NCBI RefSeq assembly: GCF_009914755.1
Contig: NC_060935.1
Reading direction: 5' to 3' (one strand)
DNA: 64,000 nucleotides
Source: the human T2T-CHM13v2.0 reference genome, Homo sapiens
The notes under the pieces were generated by a model. It ran no database searches, was not told where the DNA came from, and saw only the letters and a list, made by a program, of their open reading frames with translations. Position numbers and translations under genes: made by a program. Shown one piece after another: positions 1 through 14,109 of this stretch (its first letter is position 1; each line of letters starts with the position of its first letter).

Positions 1-185
1 ATCTGTCCATTTAGAAAGTAGGGTTATTCATCTTTCTATTGTTGAGTTTTACAATTAGATTGAAATATTTTGATTGACTTCTCTTAGTGGCAGAATAAGA
101 AGACAGAAAAAGTGGTAATGATATAGAAGATTTGAAAAACACAACTAAAATCTAAGTATCTTGACCAAATTTATTATACAGAATA

Positions 186-270
186 GGGATTGACTACATT
201 TTTCTCTAAAAGACCACAGAGTAATTATTTTGTGCTTGACAGGGCACAGATAGTTTCTGTCACATATTTT
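186..270. mobile_element. MER58-like hAT DNA transposon fragment
   Basis: GGGATTGACTACATTTTTCTCTAAAAGACCACAGAGTAATTATTTT resembles the MER58 terminus. Confidence 0.45.
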
Positions 271-296
271 TCCCAATCAATACTAGAATCTTATGA

Positions 297-652
<356 letters not shown>

Positions 653-664
653 CAAAATTAATTT

Positions 665-1122
665 TTAAGTTTTTATTTATTTTTAATTGACAATAATAAT
701 TGTGTGTATTTATGGGGGTAAAATGTGACATTTTGATGTATGTGTACATTATGGAATGACTAAACCAACTAATTCACATATCCACCACCTCACATATTTT
801 TTGTGTGTGGCACAAACTTTCAAGATCTACTCTCTTAGCAATTTAAAAGTATACGTTACATTATTATAGTCACCATGGTGTGCAATAGGTCTAAAAAATT
901 TATTCCTCCTGTCTAATGAAAATTTTTACCCTTTAACCAACATCTCTACCACCCACTCCCCACCACCCCCCCAACTCCAGGTAACCATCATTCTACTTTC
1001 TACTTTTACGAGTTCAACTTTTTTTCAATTCCACATGTAAGTGAGATGATTTGTCTTTCTGTGCCTGGCTTATTTCTCTTAGCATAATGTCCTCCAGGGT
1101 CATCCATATTGCTGGAAATGGC
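665..1122 (-). mobile_element. L1 3' end (L1MA-type)
   Basis: Antisense L1 3'UTR motifs (TTCCACATGTAAGTGAGAT, CTGGCTTATTTCTCTTAGCATAATGTCCTCCAG). Confidence 0.8.
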
Positions 1123-1139
1123 CCAAAGCAGATACTGAA

Positions 1140-1500
1140 AAGTCTCAAGAATATTTTTGTAGGCTAGATCTTAGGTTGATATTTATCTTCTCCCAGCATT
1201 TTAAAGTTGTCATTCCATTGTCTTTTGCCTTTCATGGTTTCTATTGAAAAGTTAGGCTTGTCTCTTATTATTTGCAAGTTTTAGCCTTCTCTTTTATAAT
1301 GGTTCCTTTGAAAGTAATGTGTCTTTTTTTATTTGACTGTTTTTAAACATTTCTCTTTATCTTTAGTATTTAGGATGTTACAACGACATGCTTAGTTGTG
1401 GTTCTTTGTATTTATCTTCCTTTGAGTTCACTGAACTTCTCGAATCTGTGGTGTCATGTCTTTCATCCATTCTTGGTCAGCATTTCTTCATGTCATATGT
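1140..1500 (-). mobile_element. Old L1M fragment
   Basis: T-rich antisense L1 text (CATTCCATTGTCTTTTGCC, GAGTTCACTGAACTTCT). Confidence 0.55.
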
Positions 1501-1989
1501 CTCCTGATTTGAGTATTTGGTTGTAAGACCTTATTTCTAACTTTAAAATACTTTACTCTCTGTTCTAGGAGTTTCAAGCATCAAGGAGCAGAAAAGGAAA
1601 AGATTTTTAGATTAAAGGACATTTTTTTCTTCTTTTTCTTTACATTGCAACCAGTAGTGACATGCCTGCTTTTTTCTCCCACTGATTCTCAGTCTGTCTC
1701 TCTCTGAATAAGCAAACTGATTAGGTTTGTTTGGTACACATTGCAAAGTTTTTCTGAAGGTTTATAATCCAAGCTTTCTAATTTGAAACAACTTGGACTT
1801 TAGGTATGAGGACAAAAAGAGGTAAGAAAGATTTTTCTTCTTATTTAAGCCTTTTCTGCAGTTAGTTTTCTTTCATTAAATATAAAGGAAATTATTATTT
1901 ACAGTGGTAAAAGATATGGAAAAAATGCCCCTTTTCCCCACAACGTGTTTTTTTCTTTAAATTGCTTTGCTTCCTATATTACCCCTCAG

Positions 1990-2365
1990 ACTTCTTTGTG
2001 GATGTCTCTGCTTGCCCACCCCTTAAATATTAATAAAGCTTGAGATTCTCTCCTTGGTTCTTGTATCTTCTGATTTTCATACTCCCCAAATAATTCCATT
2101 TACTCTCAGGGCTTTGATTACTATATACATACTGATGGCCTCTGAATTGTACCTCTAATTTAGATTTCTCTTCCAAATTTCAGACACACATACTCAGCTG
2201 TACACTGTGCATCTCCATTTGTATGTCTGATGGACATCTCAAATTTAACACACCCAAAATGACCTTACTACTTCCTCCTCAAACTGCTTATTTTCTCACC
2301 TTATATTAGTGAATAGTAGCCCCATCGACTTATTTGCCAAGTCAGAAATGTGAGCTCTATTCCTT
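1990..2365 (+). mobile_element. L2 LINE, 5' part (degenerate RT region)
   Basis: Decayed RT text around the YADD motif, followed by CATCTCAAATTTAACA typical of L2. The element resumes at ~3435 after the L1 insertion. Confidence 0.65.
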
Positions 2366-2369
2366 TTTG

Positions 2370-3430
2370 TTGTTGCTATTTGTTTGTTTTCTAATGACTT
2401 TGTTAATCATTGATAATTTAATGACTTTATTGATAATTTACATACAATGCCATTATTCACCCATTGAAGGTGTACAAATTCAATGTGAGATTTTTCTGGT
2501 CTATTATGTTACTGATTCTTAAAATTGTGGTAAAATATATGCAGTATAAAATGTGCCATTTATGCAGTTTTAAAAGGGTATAATTTAATGCTATTAACTA
2601 CATTCACAATGTTGTACAACCATCACTACTATCTACTTCCAAAACTTTTGATCACCTTAAACAAAAATTCTATAACCATTAAACAATAACTTGCCACTTT
2701 TCCCTCTCTCTGGCTCCTGGTAAGCACAATTCTATTTTCTGTGTCTATGAATTTACCTATTCCAGGCATTATGTATAAGTTTAATCATATAACACTTGTC
2801 CTTCTGTGTCTGTCTTATTTCACTTAGCATAGTGTTTACCAGATTCATTAATGTTGTAGCATGTATCAGAACTTTATTGCTTTTATGGCTAAATATTATT
2901 CCATTGTATGTATATACTACCTCTTATTTATCTAATTTTCTGTTGGTAAACACTTGGATTGTTTCTACTTTTAGCTATTGTAAGTAATGCTGCAATAAGC
3001 ATTTGCCTGAAAATATGTTTGTTTCTGTTTTTGAATTATTTGGGGCATATACCTAGGAGTCGAATTGCTGGGTAATATGCTAAGTCTATGCTTATTAAGG
3101 AGGTGCCAAGCTGTTTCCCACAGCATCTGTACCATTTTACTTTTCTGCTAGCAATGTACAAGGGTTCCAATTTCTCCACATCCATGCCAACACTTGCTAT
3201 TTTCTGTCTCCTTTAATTATAGCTATCCTAGTAGGGGTGAAGTGATGTCTCATCGTGGCTTTGATTTGCATTCCCCTAATGACCAATGATGTTAAGCATC
3301 TCTTCATGTGCTTATGGCCATTTATATATATATTCTTTGGAGAAATTTCTATTCAAGTCATTTGCCCAGTTTTTTAATTGAGTCATTTTTTTTATTAAGT
3401 TGTAGGAGCTTTTATGTTCTGGGTATTAAA
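2370..3430 (-). mobile_element. L1 3' region (L1MB-type) inserted in L2
   Basis: Antisense L1 motifs: GGGTTCCAATTTCTCCACATCC, TTTGATTTGCATTCCCCTAATGA, ATATACCTAGGAGTCGAATTGCTGG. Confidence 0.85.
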
Positions 3431-3434
3431 TAGG

Positions 3435-4515
<1,081 letters not shown>

Positions 4516-5823
4516 ATCTCTATATTCAATTTCTATACACTTATCTCCACTACAGATTTACAACACGTTGCTACAAGGAAAACAATGCAATGTAATACAA
4601 AGAACAAAATGTTGCCATTCAAGAAGGTGGTATTTAAATATCCAGAAATATAACAACATCCTGTTCCCAAACTCAGCTATCTGATTGACTAAACAGTCAT
4701 TAGAAAGCACCTCAGCCAACTTCTTAATCATTCCCCATAGTTTTGTGGTAGTTTCAGCCTGTCCCATGAAGTGGAGTTTTGTTTTGATTTTTTAGGGGGA
4801 AGAAAGGTTTCTAGTTATGTATAAACTTGTTTTCCATACCTGGCAAGACTGACTGGCTCTGTGTGTTCTATTGCAGGCAGGGGGGAAATAAGGAAATATA
4901 TTTTTATAGGAAAATAGCAAAGTCACTACAAATGACTTTGTATTTGTAATTCATAGAGTCAGGACAGAAAAATCAATGGCAGGAAAAATTGAATTATTTC
5001 TATTTCTCTTCTTTTATATTCATCCTCTTATTAAGATTTTACCTTTTACATTTTCCTTTTTCAGCCAGACCCTCCACTCCCTTTACTCAAGAAGGTTTAC
5101 ATCCTAAGTTAAAAGAGACCAGGTGTCATCTATAAATTCAGGGAACTGTAAGTGCACCTAATCCATAAAAGCCAGAAATATTTAAGCATGATCTAGAGCA
5201 GGCAAATGTATACTGGAGTTAATGTAAATGCAATATATGAACATAGTGTTGATCATATTCAAGATCTACCACCATAAACTAATTAGATCCCTGAGACCAA
5301 CTCAGAGAAGCGGAGCTTTTACTCACGGTTGAGGTCCACAAAGCTTGTTTATACTGGAGCTGACTTTGCTCTTAAATGGTGACATCAGGGCACAGTCCTA
5401 GATCTTAGAGTTGTATGCTACAGAGTTGCTACCGGTATTATGTGCTGCTTTCAAATCCTCCTTGTTCAATACCCTTATTAATCAGAAGTAGAGCTAAGTC
5501 ATGTACAACGATTTTCGGTGGAGAATTCAAGTCCTTGATGGTGAGAATGATCAGAACTAACCCTAGAGTGTAGGACGGGCAAAGAGGCTTCCCTGTCCAG
5601 TCTAGAGAGTCCCTTGATCTGTTTTAGGGAAGAATAGCAACAGGTGACACTTCTGACAGTGCTGAGGTCAAGGAGCCCCCCAGGTGGCCTTCCCAAGACA
5701 ATGTTCTGGGACAGTCACTAGCGCCGACGCAGCACCTCTGGAGAGCCTGTCTTTGATAATGTACCTGCTTCGTGCCGATAGAGGGAGACCGGATTCCACA
5801 GCACACACGCCATGCGTCCCTGC

Positions 5824-5842
5824 TGTCCGGTAGAGGGCAGTA
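5824..5842 (+). promoter_or_regulatory. Candidate CTCF site
   Basis: TGTCCGGTAGAGGGCAGTA closely matches the CTCF core CCASYAGRKGGCRSY and lies in a CpG-retaining unique patch. Confidence 0.6.
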
Positions 5843-6364
5843 GCGGCCACGCTGCAACCCTGAGAAGTGGCGGGTACCTTAGGATCCTTTCTGATTGCAG
5901 ACGTGGTCCAGAGCCAAAGCGGCTTGGCTGGGAAGGCTCCGTGAGACGCCGGGGCTTGATTGCTAGGAGGTGAAAAACTTTCGAGAACTCAGAGCAATCC
6001 AATGGACAGTCCATGTTCCACATAATTATCAACTCACTTTCCCTGCTCGTGAAATTGCTGTTAATTTTTAACAAGTGATTGGGACTGTCTATATTTAGAG
6101 GATTACCTAGTAACCAAAGCTCATGACACATGAGATGGTTAAGTTTTCCTACCAGACCTAACTGTGATATTTCCTGACTTTAATATGTTTTTATGTCAGC
6201 CCTCTTAATATTCAGTTTACCTCGGTTTTATCAAATGCTTAGCATTTTTTATGAGGGGGTGGATGAGCGAAAAATAGAAACTCATAAAACTGGAATTTCA
6301 TTTCTTTTGAAAAATATAACTGAGATCAGTGAAAAAACATTGTCCCATAGAGGGTATGGGAAAC

Positions 6365-6580
6365 TTGGACTCAAAAAACTCGGGTTTGAGACTTGGCTCT
6401 GCAAGTGTAGATGTGGCTGTGTGGGGTAACCTCAAGTAAACCACTTTTCCTCAGTTTCCTCTTTCGTAAAATAGGGATAGTAAGACTTGTCTTTTTTCAT
6501 ATATAGGGCTGTATAAAGTTCACATGAAGTACTGCATTTGAAAATTTTCTGTAAATGGGAAATGTTATGCAAATGTAAGA
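6365..6580 (+). mobile_element. MIR
   Basis: Core CCTCAGTTTCCTCTTTCGTAAAATAGGGATA. Confidence 0.75.
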
Positions 6581-6721
6581 TATTGAAGTTCGCTTTTTAT
6601 TTTTGAATGTAAAATATTATAATATTTTTGAACTTAAATATAATTTGTAGGAAAAAAGATAAATGTCAATTGTAAAACTATGTAAACAATATTCAAAACT
6701 ACATAGAATAAATTATCACTG

Positions 6722-6861
6722 GGCTGAGTGCAGTGGCTCACACCTGTAATTCCAGCATTTTGAGAGGCCAAGACAGGAGAATTGCTTGAGGCCAGGAGTT
6801 CAAGACCAGCCTGGTCAACATAGCAAGACACCTATCTCTAATAATAATAATACATTTTAAA
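6722..6861 (+). mobile_element. FLAM / Alu left monomer
   Basis: Single monomer. TSD AATAAATTATCACTG at 6707-6721 and 6862-6876. Confidence 0.9.
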
Positions 6862-7004
6862 AATAAATTATCACTGTTAGTATTTGAACATGCTTTTAGA
6901 CATCTCTATATGCACCTATATACATGTGTATATAAACAATGTTTTGAAGCTGGAATTGTATTGCACATTCTATTATATCAATGACTTTTTCACTCAGCAT
7001 TGCA

Positions 7005-7150
7005 GTAATAATAGTTAACATATATTGATCTTTACGTGTCAGTCATTGTCTAAACCATTTATATATATCTTTAGTGTTACAATAACACTATTGGGTATGT
7101 ACTTTTATCTCAAAGACAAGGAAACTGAGGCTCAGAGAGGTAAAATGACA
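7005..7150 (-). mobile_element. MIR
   Basis: AGGAAACTGAGGCTCAGAGAGGTAAAATGAC. Confidence 0.75.
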
Positions 7151-7281
7151 GATTTCCTAATTTCCTTAAATTTTAAGAATTCTTACAACTAACATTTTTT
7201 TCTTCTTACAGCCTGTCCCACTTTTATCATTTTTATCTCTTTGGCAACCTGTTTGTTAAACAGCAGCTAAATCAATAGGAC

Positions 7282-7405
7282 TGCTGGTTTTAAAATGTCA
7301 ACTGTCACACCTACACATTTCTGGAGGGAGGAAATCTAGGAATGGGCAGTTTTTAAACAAGCACTCCTAGGAAATTATGTGTACAATCATATTTGAGAAC
7401 CACAG
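7282..7405. mobile_element. MER5-like hAT fragment
   Basis: TTTTTAAACAAGCACTCCTAGG...TTTGAGAACCAC terminus. Confidence 0.5.
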
Positions 7406-10400
7406 CTTTGGTTTCAATTCCTAGGTTGGGACTGCTGGATCGATTTTGTGTTTGAGATATAATGCCAAACTGCCCTCCAGAAATATCATACCAATTTACA
7501 TTCCCACAAACAGCTTGTGACTAATTCAGTCTCTTTTATGTGGGTCTTTGCACTCCAAAATATTACCTTGTAAATGACTTCTTAGTTTGTCATCAGGACA
7601 GTAAACTACTTGTTAACCTACAAGTATGTGGGGTGTGTATATTCCAAAGCTGAATTCAAGACTGGGCACTTTTTTTCATTTGTGTTAATAATTTTGAGGT
7701 TCTTTGGAACCCCAGAATCTGCATATTTTCTGCAATGTCATACCCTCTCCTCTCTTCATGCCCTGCTCCATTTCTGTTCTCCAAGCCATCATATTCATGG
7801 AAGTCAAACTTACTTTTCCAAAATTATACTGCATAAATAAAAGCATAAACTCTGCATCATTAGTTCTTACAAAGGAAAAACAAATTCTATTTCTGTCCAC
7901 AAGAAGTTAACGAAGATCTACCCCTGTGAACCCCCATTTGACCACCTTGGTTTTATCCCATTCTTAGTGCAGGGTCCTTCTGCTCATTCTCCAAAAAGTC
8001 TTGATCCTACCGACTTCTAATCTGTCTGTGTCAAAACTAAAATCCTCTTTTGGCTACTTGAATATTATTCTTTACTGGACCCCAGATCTTACTCTTCAGT
8101 TCAGTTGAGCTATAGTAAAATTTCTGGCTTTTTTTTTTTTTTTTTTCTTCATAAAGCAAGAGTCTACTCCTACTGAGATTCTAAATAAACCTTTTTCTCT
8201 TTTAGAAAAATTACCTTCCTCCTACCTAGAAAACTGAGTTTTTAAAATTTCTTTGTTCTTGAAACAAAGAGCTATTTTCTCTCTTAAAGGAAACAGAAAG
8301 ACTTTGTTGCTAATTCATTAACAAGCAACTCTTAACAATTAAGCTATAGACATTTAACAAGTTACACACAGACCTCAGCCTAACAGATCATGTACTCTGG
8401 AATATTTAGTAGGAGGGTGAGTCACCTCAGACATAATACAAAGTTTATATTATTCAGTTATGACAATAATTGTTCCTAATTATCTCAGGTTTCAAAAAAC
8501 TTCAAATCTATGTACAGAGAACAAAGTCGCATAAAATTAGACATGGGTAGGTTATTTGTACTTAATGTTGCTCCAAATGAATAATGAAACTGTTTTCTTC
8601 TTCCAATATGTTTAGTCAAGTGAGAGCTCGTATTCTAATACAGACTTCTGAACTAAATCATTATTTAGAATGTTTCATTAAAAATCCTCTGATCTGAAAC
8701 ATTGAGTGAGTATGTAAATGCGACAGGAAAAACAGGGTAATAGGAACAGGAGCCTTGCCGGGCTCCTAAATCTCTTCCTCCCCGTCTCTGAGCATTTATT
8801 TCTCTTTGGGGCTGTCACTATGTGGTCAGTAAAGATAATCATTTGAAATTTCAAATATCCATCGAAGACGCCATAGAAGAGACTGAAGAAATAATAGGAC
8901 CGCATTAATTTGATTTTATAGAGCAGCATTTTATGCAGCGGAGGTTCCCGTGAAACACCGTATATTTATATGTATTTGGTAATTCAAATCATGTGTCAGA
9001 TTTTGTTAAAGTGAGGACATACATCCACAGGAATGCCGGTGGGTTTTAGGCGAAAAGGCACTATTCTGTGATTTCTAGTACTAGTACTTTTATTTTTCAA
9101 AATTTAGCAAAAACCCACTGGCTTAATTCTGACTTGGTCCCAACCTTGAGAACATAGGATTCAAATGAGTACAGAATTGTCTCAGAGACGTGATTAAGTC
9201 CTTTTCATATCCATTACATTTTGGACTATAGATCTGTCAGAGCACCTCCCAAACACTGATAAATATCACAACCTCCTTCAGGAACTATAAACTGTATTCT
9301 GGTTTCAGAAGAGAAAACCAAAACCTTTTGAGTTATATCCATGTACAGTCTACCCAGAGAAAACAACCCATTGCTCTGCCTATACAAATGAGTAATTTGA
9401 CTAATTTTCCCCCCTGACTTGGCAGAATCTTTTATTGAACTGATTGAAATGACCAGATGTTTTGGCAGCTTCTGTAGACATAATCTAAGCAACTCGATAA
9501 TTGACTTAAGTAAACGTATCAGGATGTGGACTGGCAATAGAATTGGGGATTCTCTTCTGTGATGACTTCAAATTCAATTTTAAAAGGCAGGCTGCTTGTG
9601 TAATTGAAACGCAGAGAAATTGGCACCATATCATTCATTTACTTTAGTAATTTATAGCCTCTTTAGATCCAAGCATCCTAGCAACTTCGGAAAGTAATGA
9701 AGGAAATGCCACAGCATTAGAGATCTATAAAAACTGTCCTCGTGGCTGTCTGCTCAAAGTGAGGTAAAATATTTATCTACGTAAAAATCCCCAAATGGAA
9801 AAACTTGAGCAAATATTCACTTGACTCAGATTATCATTTTCTTGATGACATTTTGCATTTTCTTAAGTTTTTGAGTGTTTTGCCTAAGAATATTCAATAC
9901 CAGAATTTTCCATATCATTTTTTGTTTCTCTATTTTGCTTCTAGCATATTTGCTGTGTTATTATAATTTCTGCTGATATAAAAACATTCTTTATAAATAG
10001 CTCACAGAGATCAATTTTCTCTTAAAAGCCTACAATTGTAAGAAATATTTCAAGTTGTGGAATATTTCTTAGAAAGGGAAACAGTCTACTTTTCTTTGCA
10101 CACATGAAAGCCTGCTAACCATGGCTGAGCACAAGACAGAAAGATACTACAAATGTGAAACCTCAGGCTGGACGGCTCCCTCAGCTCTCTTTTCTTTTTT
10201 TCCCCCTATGAGACTGAGGATTCCTCTTGAATTTGTTTAATAAACACGATTTTCAAGTGTCTTTCTTTTCCCTTTTTATCACTTCCTTTTGCCCTCTCTT
10301 CATTCTTTTTTTTTTTTTTTAAAAGAAGAAGAAGAAAGAAAAGTTATGAAGTATGCACAGGGCGTATATGTGCAGGCATACAGAGAGAGACACACACACT

Positions 10401-11913
10401 CATATACACACATGTGTCTACACTTTGACCTAAGTAGATGATTAGCACCTGTGTCCAGGAGTTTGTACAAACTTCCTCCTTCTTAAGGGCTTGGAGTGCA
10501 GAGACCATTATGTTCTCTGATTGGCATATTGCACCCAGTGTTCTTTGTAAATATTGTTTTGTATCAGCATAGTAACAATTATGCCAGCAGATTTCATTAA
10601 TCATCCAAAGCTCTCTTTGAGTGTTGTTTTTCCTTCATGTGTTCAGAAGGCAGACTGGCTCTGCAAGTCTTTCCCTGTGCTGCCTGACATGGGAGCCTTC
10701 TTGTCCTTGATAACAGTCAATGCTAATGACTGACTGACCGCTTGTTCACTTTGAAATCCTGTCTTGCCGGGTGAGGGAAGGCTACAGAGAAACAAAACCT
10801 AACCAAGGACTGCTTGAGGCCAAGGACAGAATGAAAATGCTTTATGAGATGATTTAATGTGCTGTCACCCAGTGGGTGCAGGATCATGGCATTTTTTGGC
10901 AGACAGAAAACATCAGCACTACAAATGACCCAGTCCCCTGTGAAGTGCTGGTTAGACTAATCGACACCTGCAAATGTGCTGAGTCTGTGGCTGTGGGGCC
11001 AGATGTTAAATAGCACTTAGGGACTCTCACGGCCAGGGCCATTTCCTTCAGTTAACCATAGTCCTACCCTCCTACTCCTGACCCTCTCACTATTTCTTGG
11101 TTGATCCTGCATTTTGAACATGGAACCAAACCCAGCCTCACACACTTAAGTATCAGCAGAAGCTGGTTTTGGTACTTTTTAAAATGCAGTTTTATTTTGT
11201 CATGGTTTCTGATAGCAAATTGCTTATTTTATTGAAAAAGTAAAGGTGGTGAGGAGACTGGCATTTCATAAGTTAGTGTCCTGTACACAATCTCCCGTGA
11301 AATCCTCCAGCAAACCCTGAGTTGGCTGTCATTATCCACATGACATGGTTGAGGACTAGAGGTCAGGGAAGTTACCAAGGGAATGTGCTAGGAATAGAAC
11401 CCAGGTTTGCCTGACTCAAAAGTTCTTTCCTGTTACCCCAGGCAGCCAGGACGCTGTTCGGTTGTGTTTTTATAAAAGTGCTGTTTCTCTCTTGTGGCAG
11501 CTTTCTCATTAGTGAAAGGATATCAGGTGGAAAAAAAAAGTCAAAACCAATGATGCCCCAAACATTCATATTTATTTTCACAATATCATGAGAAACTTAG
11601 GAGAGATTAACTTTTATTTTCCTGGCCATAACTGTTGGAATAGTATAAAGACATGGAGTATTAGCAGAAATATGGCTGTTTGATGTCAGGATAGCACAAA
11701 TTTAAAAGGGAGATACTCAGCAAATTTTAATCTGTATACCAAGCTTCTAATAATTTGGAAACATCTGAATGATTTATTGCATTTTTGTTCTTTGTGCAGA
11801 TGTTTGGTGCTCTGTAGAAACAGCCATTGCCTTTTTTTTTTCTCTCAATTTAGACTTTTTCTCCAGAAAGATGTTTTGAGAAAGGATAGAAAGATCTATT
11901 CATTCCTTTCTTC

Positions 11914-12212
<299 letters not shown>

Positions 12213-13492
12213 CTATTCAGTCCTTTCCAAGCCCATTTGTCAAGTGAATCGCATTTGTGCTTTCTCTTAAAAAGATGGTTTATAGTGTATGAGAGCAGTT
12301 TTTGTAAATTAATATCATCATTAAAAACAAGCTGGCCTCCATGTATACCTCCTTTAAGTTGTTATTTGAGGCTGCTGTGCTGAGCTCCACAACAGCAGTT
12401 TTGGCATGGCCCTGGGGCCCAGGGGAATATTAACTTACAAGGCTTTCCCTATTTTGCTTTTACTTGTCTGAAACTATTTCAAAACGTAGCGACTGAAATA
12501 CAAGTTGTTAAGTACACTTTACTAGACTTTAAGAAGTATTTTACCTCCTCTCTACTCTTTGGAGAAAAGATGGTTGGGGAGTGAATTAGTGTACTTATAA
12601 GACATGTCCTGGCTGCTTCTGAATATCTATATCTATCGACACATAGCCCAAAATTACACAAGGAGAGTTAAATTAAAAGTCAAGCCAAGATCATCTACAC
12701 TTAGATCCTAGAAGCAACTTAAGTGTCACCCTAGGATTTTTAAAAACCATTTTGTTTTATTAAACTTCGTGAGTTCTAACCAAGTGGAGATGCCTTGTGT
12801 GAGTTGAAATGTTAAAGAGGAAATTCTTTGGTTTCCAGTTGACAGAAAGCAAAGCAACCAAATCTAGAGTTTCCAGTCCTAACTTGGCAAAGATGTCCCT
12901 GTCCCCTTCTCTCTGGTTGGGCTGTGTCCCTAGGAATCAGGTGCTAGAATGGGGGTGTGAGTGTGAGGGGCTGGGGGTTTGGAGCTTCCCCTGAAGCTCC
13001 ATGGAGGGTGTGAATTTTTATCCTTTCCATGTCTGCCTATGTGTGGCTCAGGGCATACCCGCCTGTTCCTCCGTGTGTGGTGTGTCCCCACTCCTCCACC
13101 CCAGGGTGCAGGAGCAGACGCTGCCTGGGTACAGTCACAGGAGGCTGGGAAGTGTCTGTAGGTCTCCAGCAGCTGGAAAAGGTTTGAGTCCTGTTGGCAG
13201 ATGTTTGCTGTTCCAGCCACTTCATTAATGTTGGAAACAAAACCCCTCACTATTCTGACCAAAGCCCCACTTCATGATTGACAGCTGGGGTGTGCTTCCT
13301 CCCACAGAAGCCCTTTACAGTCTGAAAGCAGGAAAGAGTGAGTGGGAAAAAGAAAAGGGAGATGGGGGGCAAAAAGGGAATTGGGCTAGATGCCATTGCT
13401 AAACACCCGAAATGAGAGAGGCTCATTTAAAGAGAAAGACAAACTGAGTACAACTAATTAAGATTTGATGTCCCATCTAACATATTATTTTC

Positions 13493-13815
13493 CCATTCAT
13501 TCATTTATTCATGACTCATTTACTGAGAACCCACTGTGTGCTTTATGGGTATTGGTGATACAAATGAATAATATAACATAGGGCGTAGGCCCACCTGGTC
13601 ATTGTCCAGTGAGTGAAATAAACATGCAAAAGACAATACAGTATAGGATATGCCACCACAGAAGTAGGAATCGGCAGCCTTGGGGAGTGGGGAGACACTT
13701 CACAAAGGAGGTGACATTTGAGATAAGTCTCTAGGTTTTGGGGCAGAGAAGGAGGGGATAGGATGTAAAGGGCATTCCAGTGAAAGGGAACAAACTTGTA
13801 TAAAGGCATGGATTA
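13493..13815 (-). mobile_element. L2 3' end
   Basis: Begins CATTCATTCATTTATTCA...TTACTGAG and contains GAGGTGACATTTGAG. Confidence 0.75.
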
Positions 13816-13819
13816 TGAA

Positions 13820-13950
13820 AGCCCATCCTTGTGAAGTAGGTTTTGTGGTCACCATTTACAAATGAAAAAACTGAGGCTCAGCTTAGGGAGCAAAAGAGAG
13901 CGCAAGGCTCTAGACTCCAAGATCGGGCATCTCTCCCTCTCCACTGCACA
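13820..13950 (-). mobile_element. MIR
   Basis: CCATTTACAAATGAAAAAACTGAGGCTCAG. Confidence 0.65.
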
Positions 13951-14109
13951 GGGGACTTGTGCCCGCAGACCCCTTCTGAGATTTCTTGCCTCTGTAGCGC
14001 GAAATAGAAAAGATGGAAAATCCAAGGAGGTGAATTGGAATTTTTACTTCTTCACCTATTAAAACACTGCAGATTTCAAATCAAAGAACTCGTCTGCGGG
14101 AGTGTCTGG

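Noticed and set aside
2392-2440. Short duplicated TAATGACTTT...TTGATAATTTA
   Set aside because: Slippage in the AT-rich tail of an L1 fragment.
5499-6131. Overlapping minus-strand ORFs (60-137 aa) in the CpG-retaining patch, as a pseudogene or small gene
   Set aside because: No recognisable protein, poly-A tail or TSD. A regulatory (CTCF) explanation fits better.
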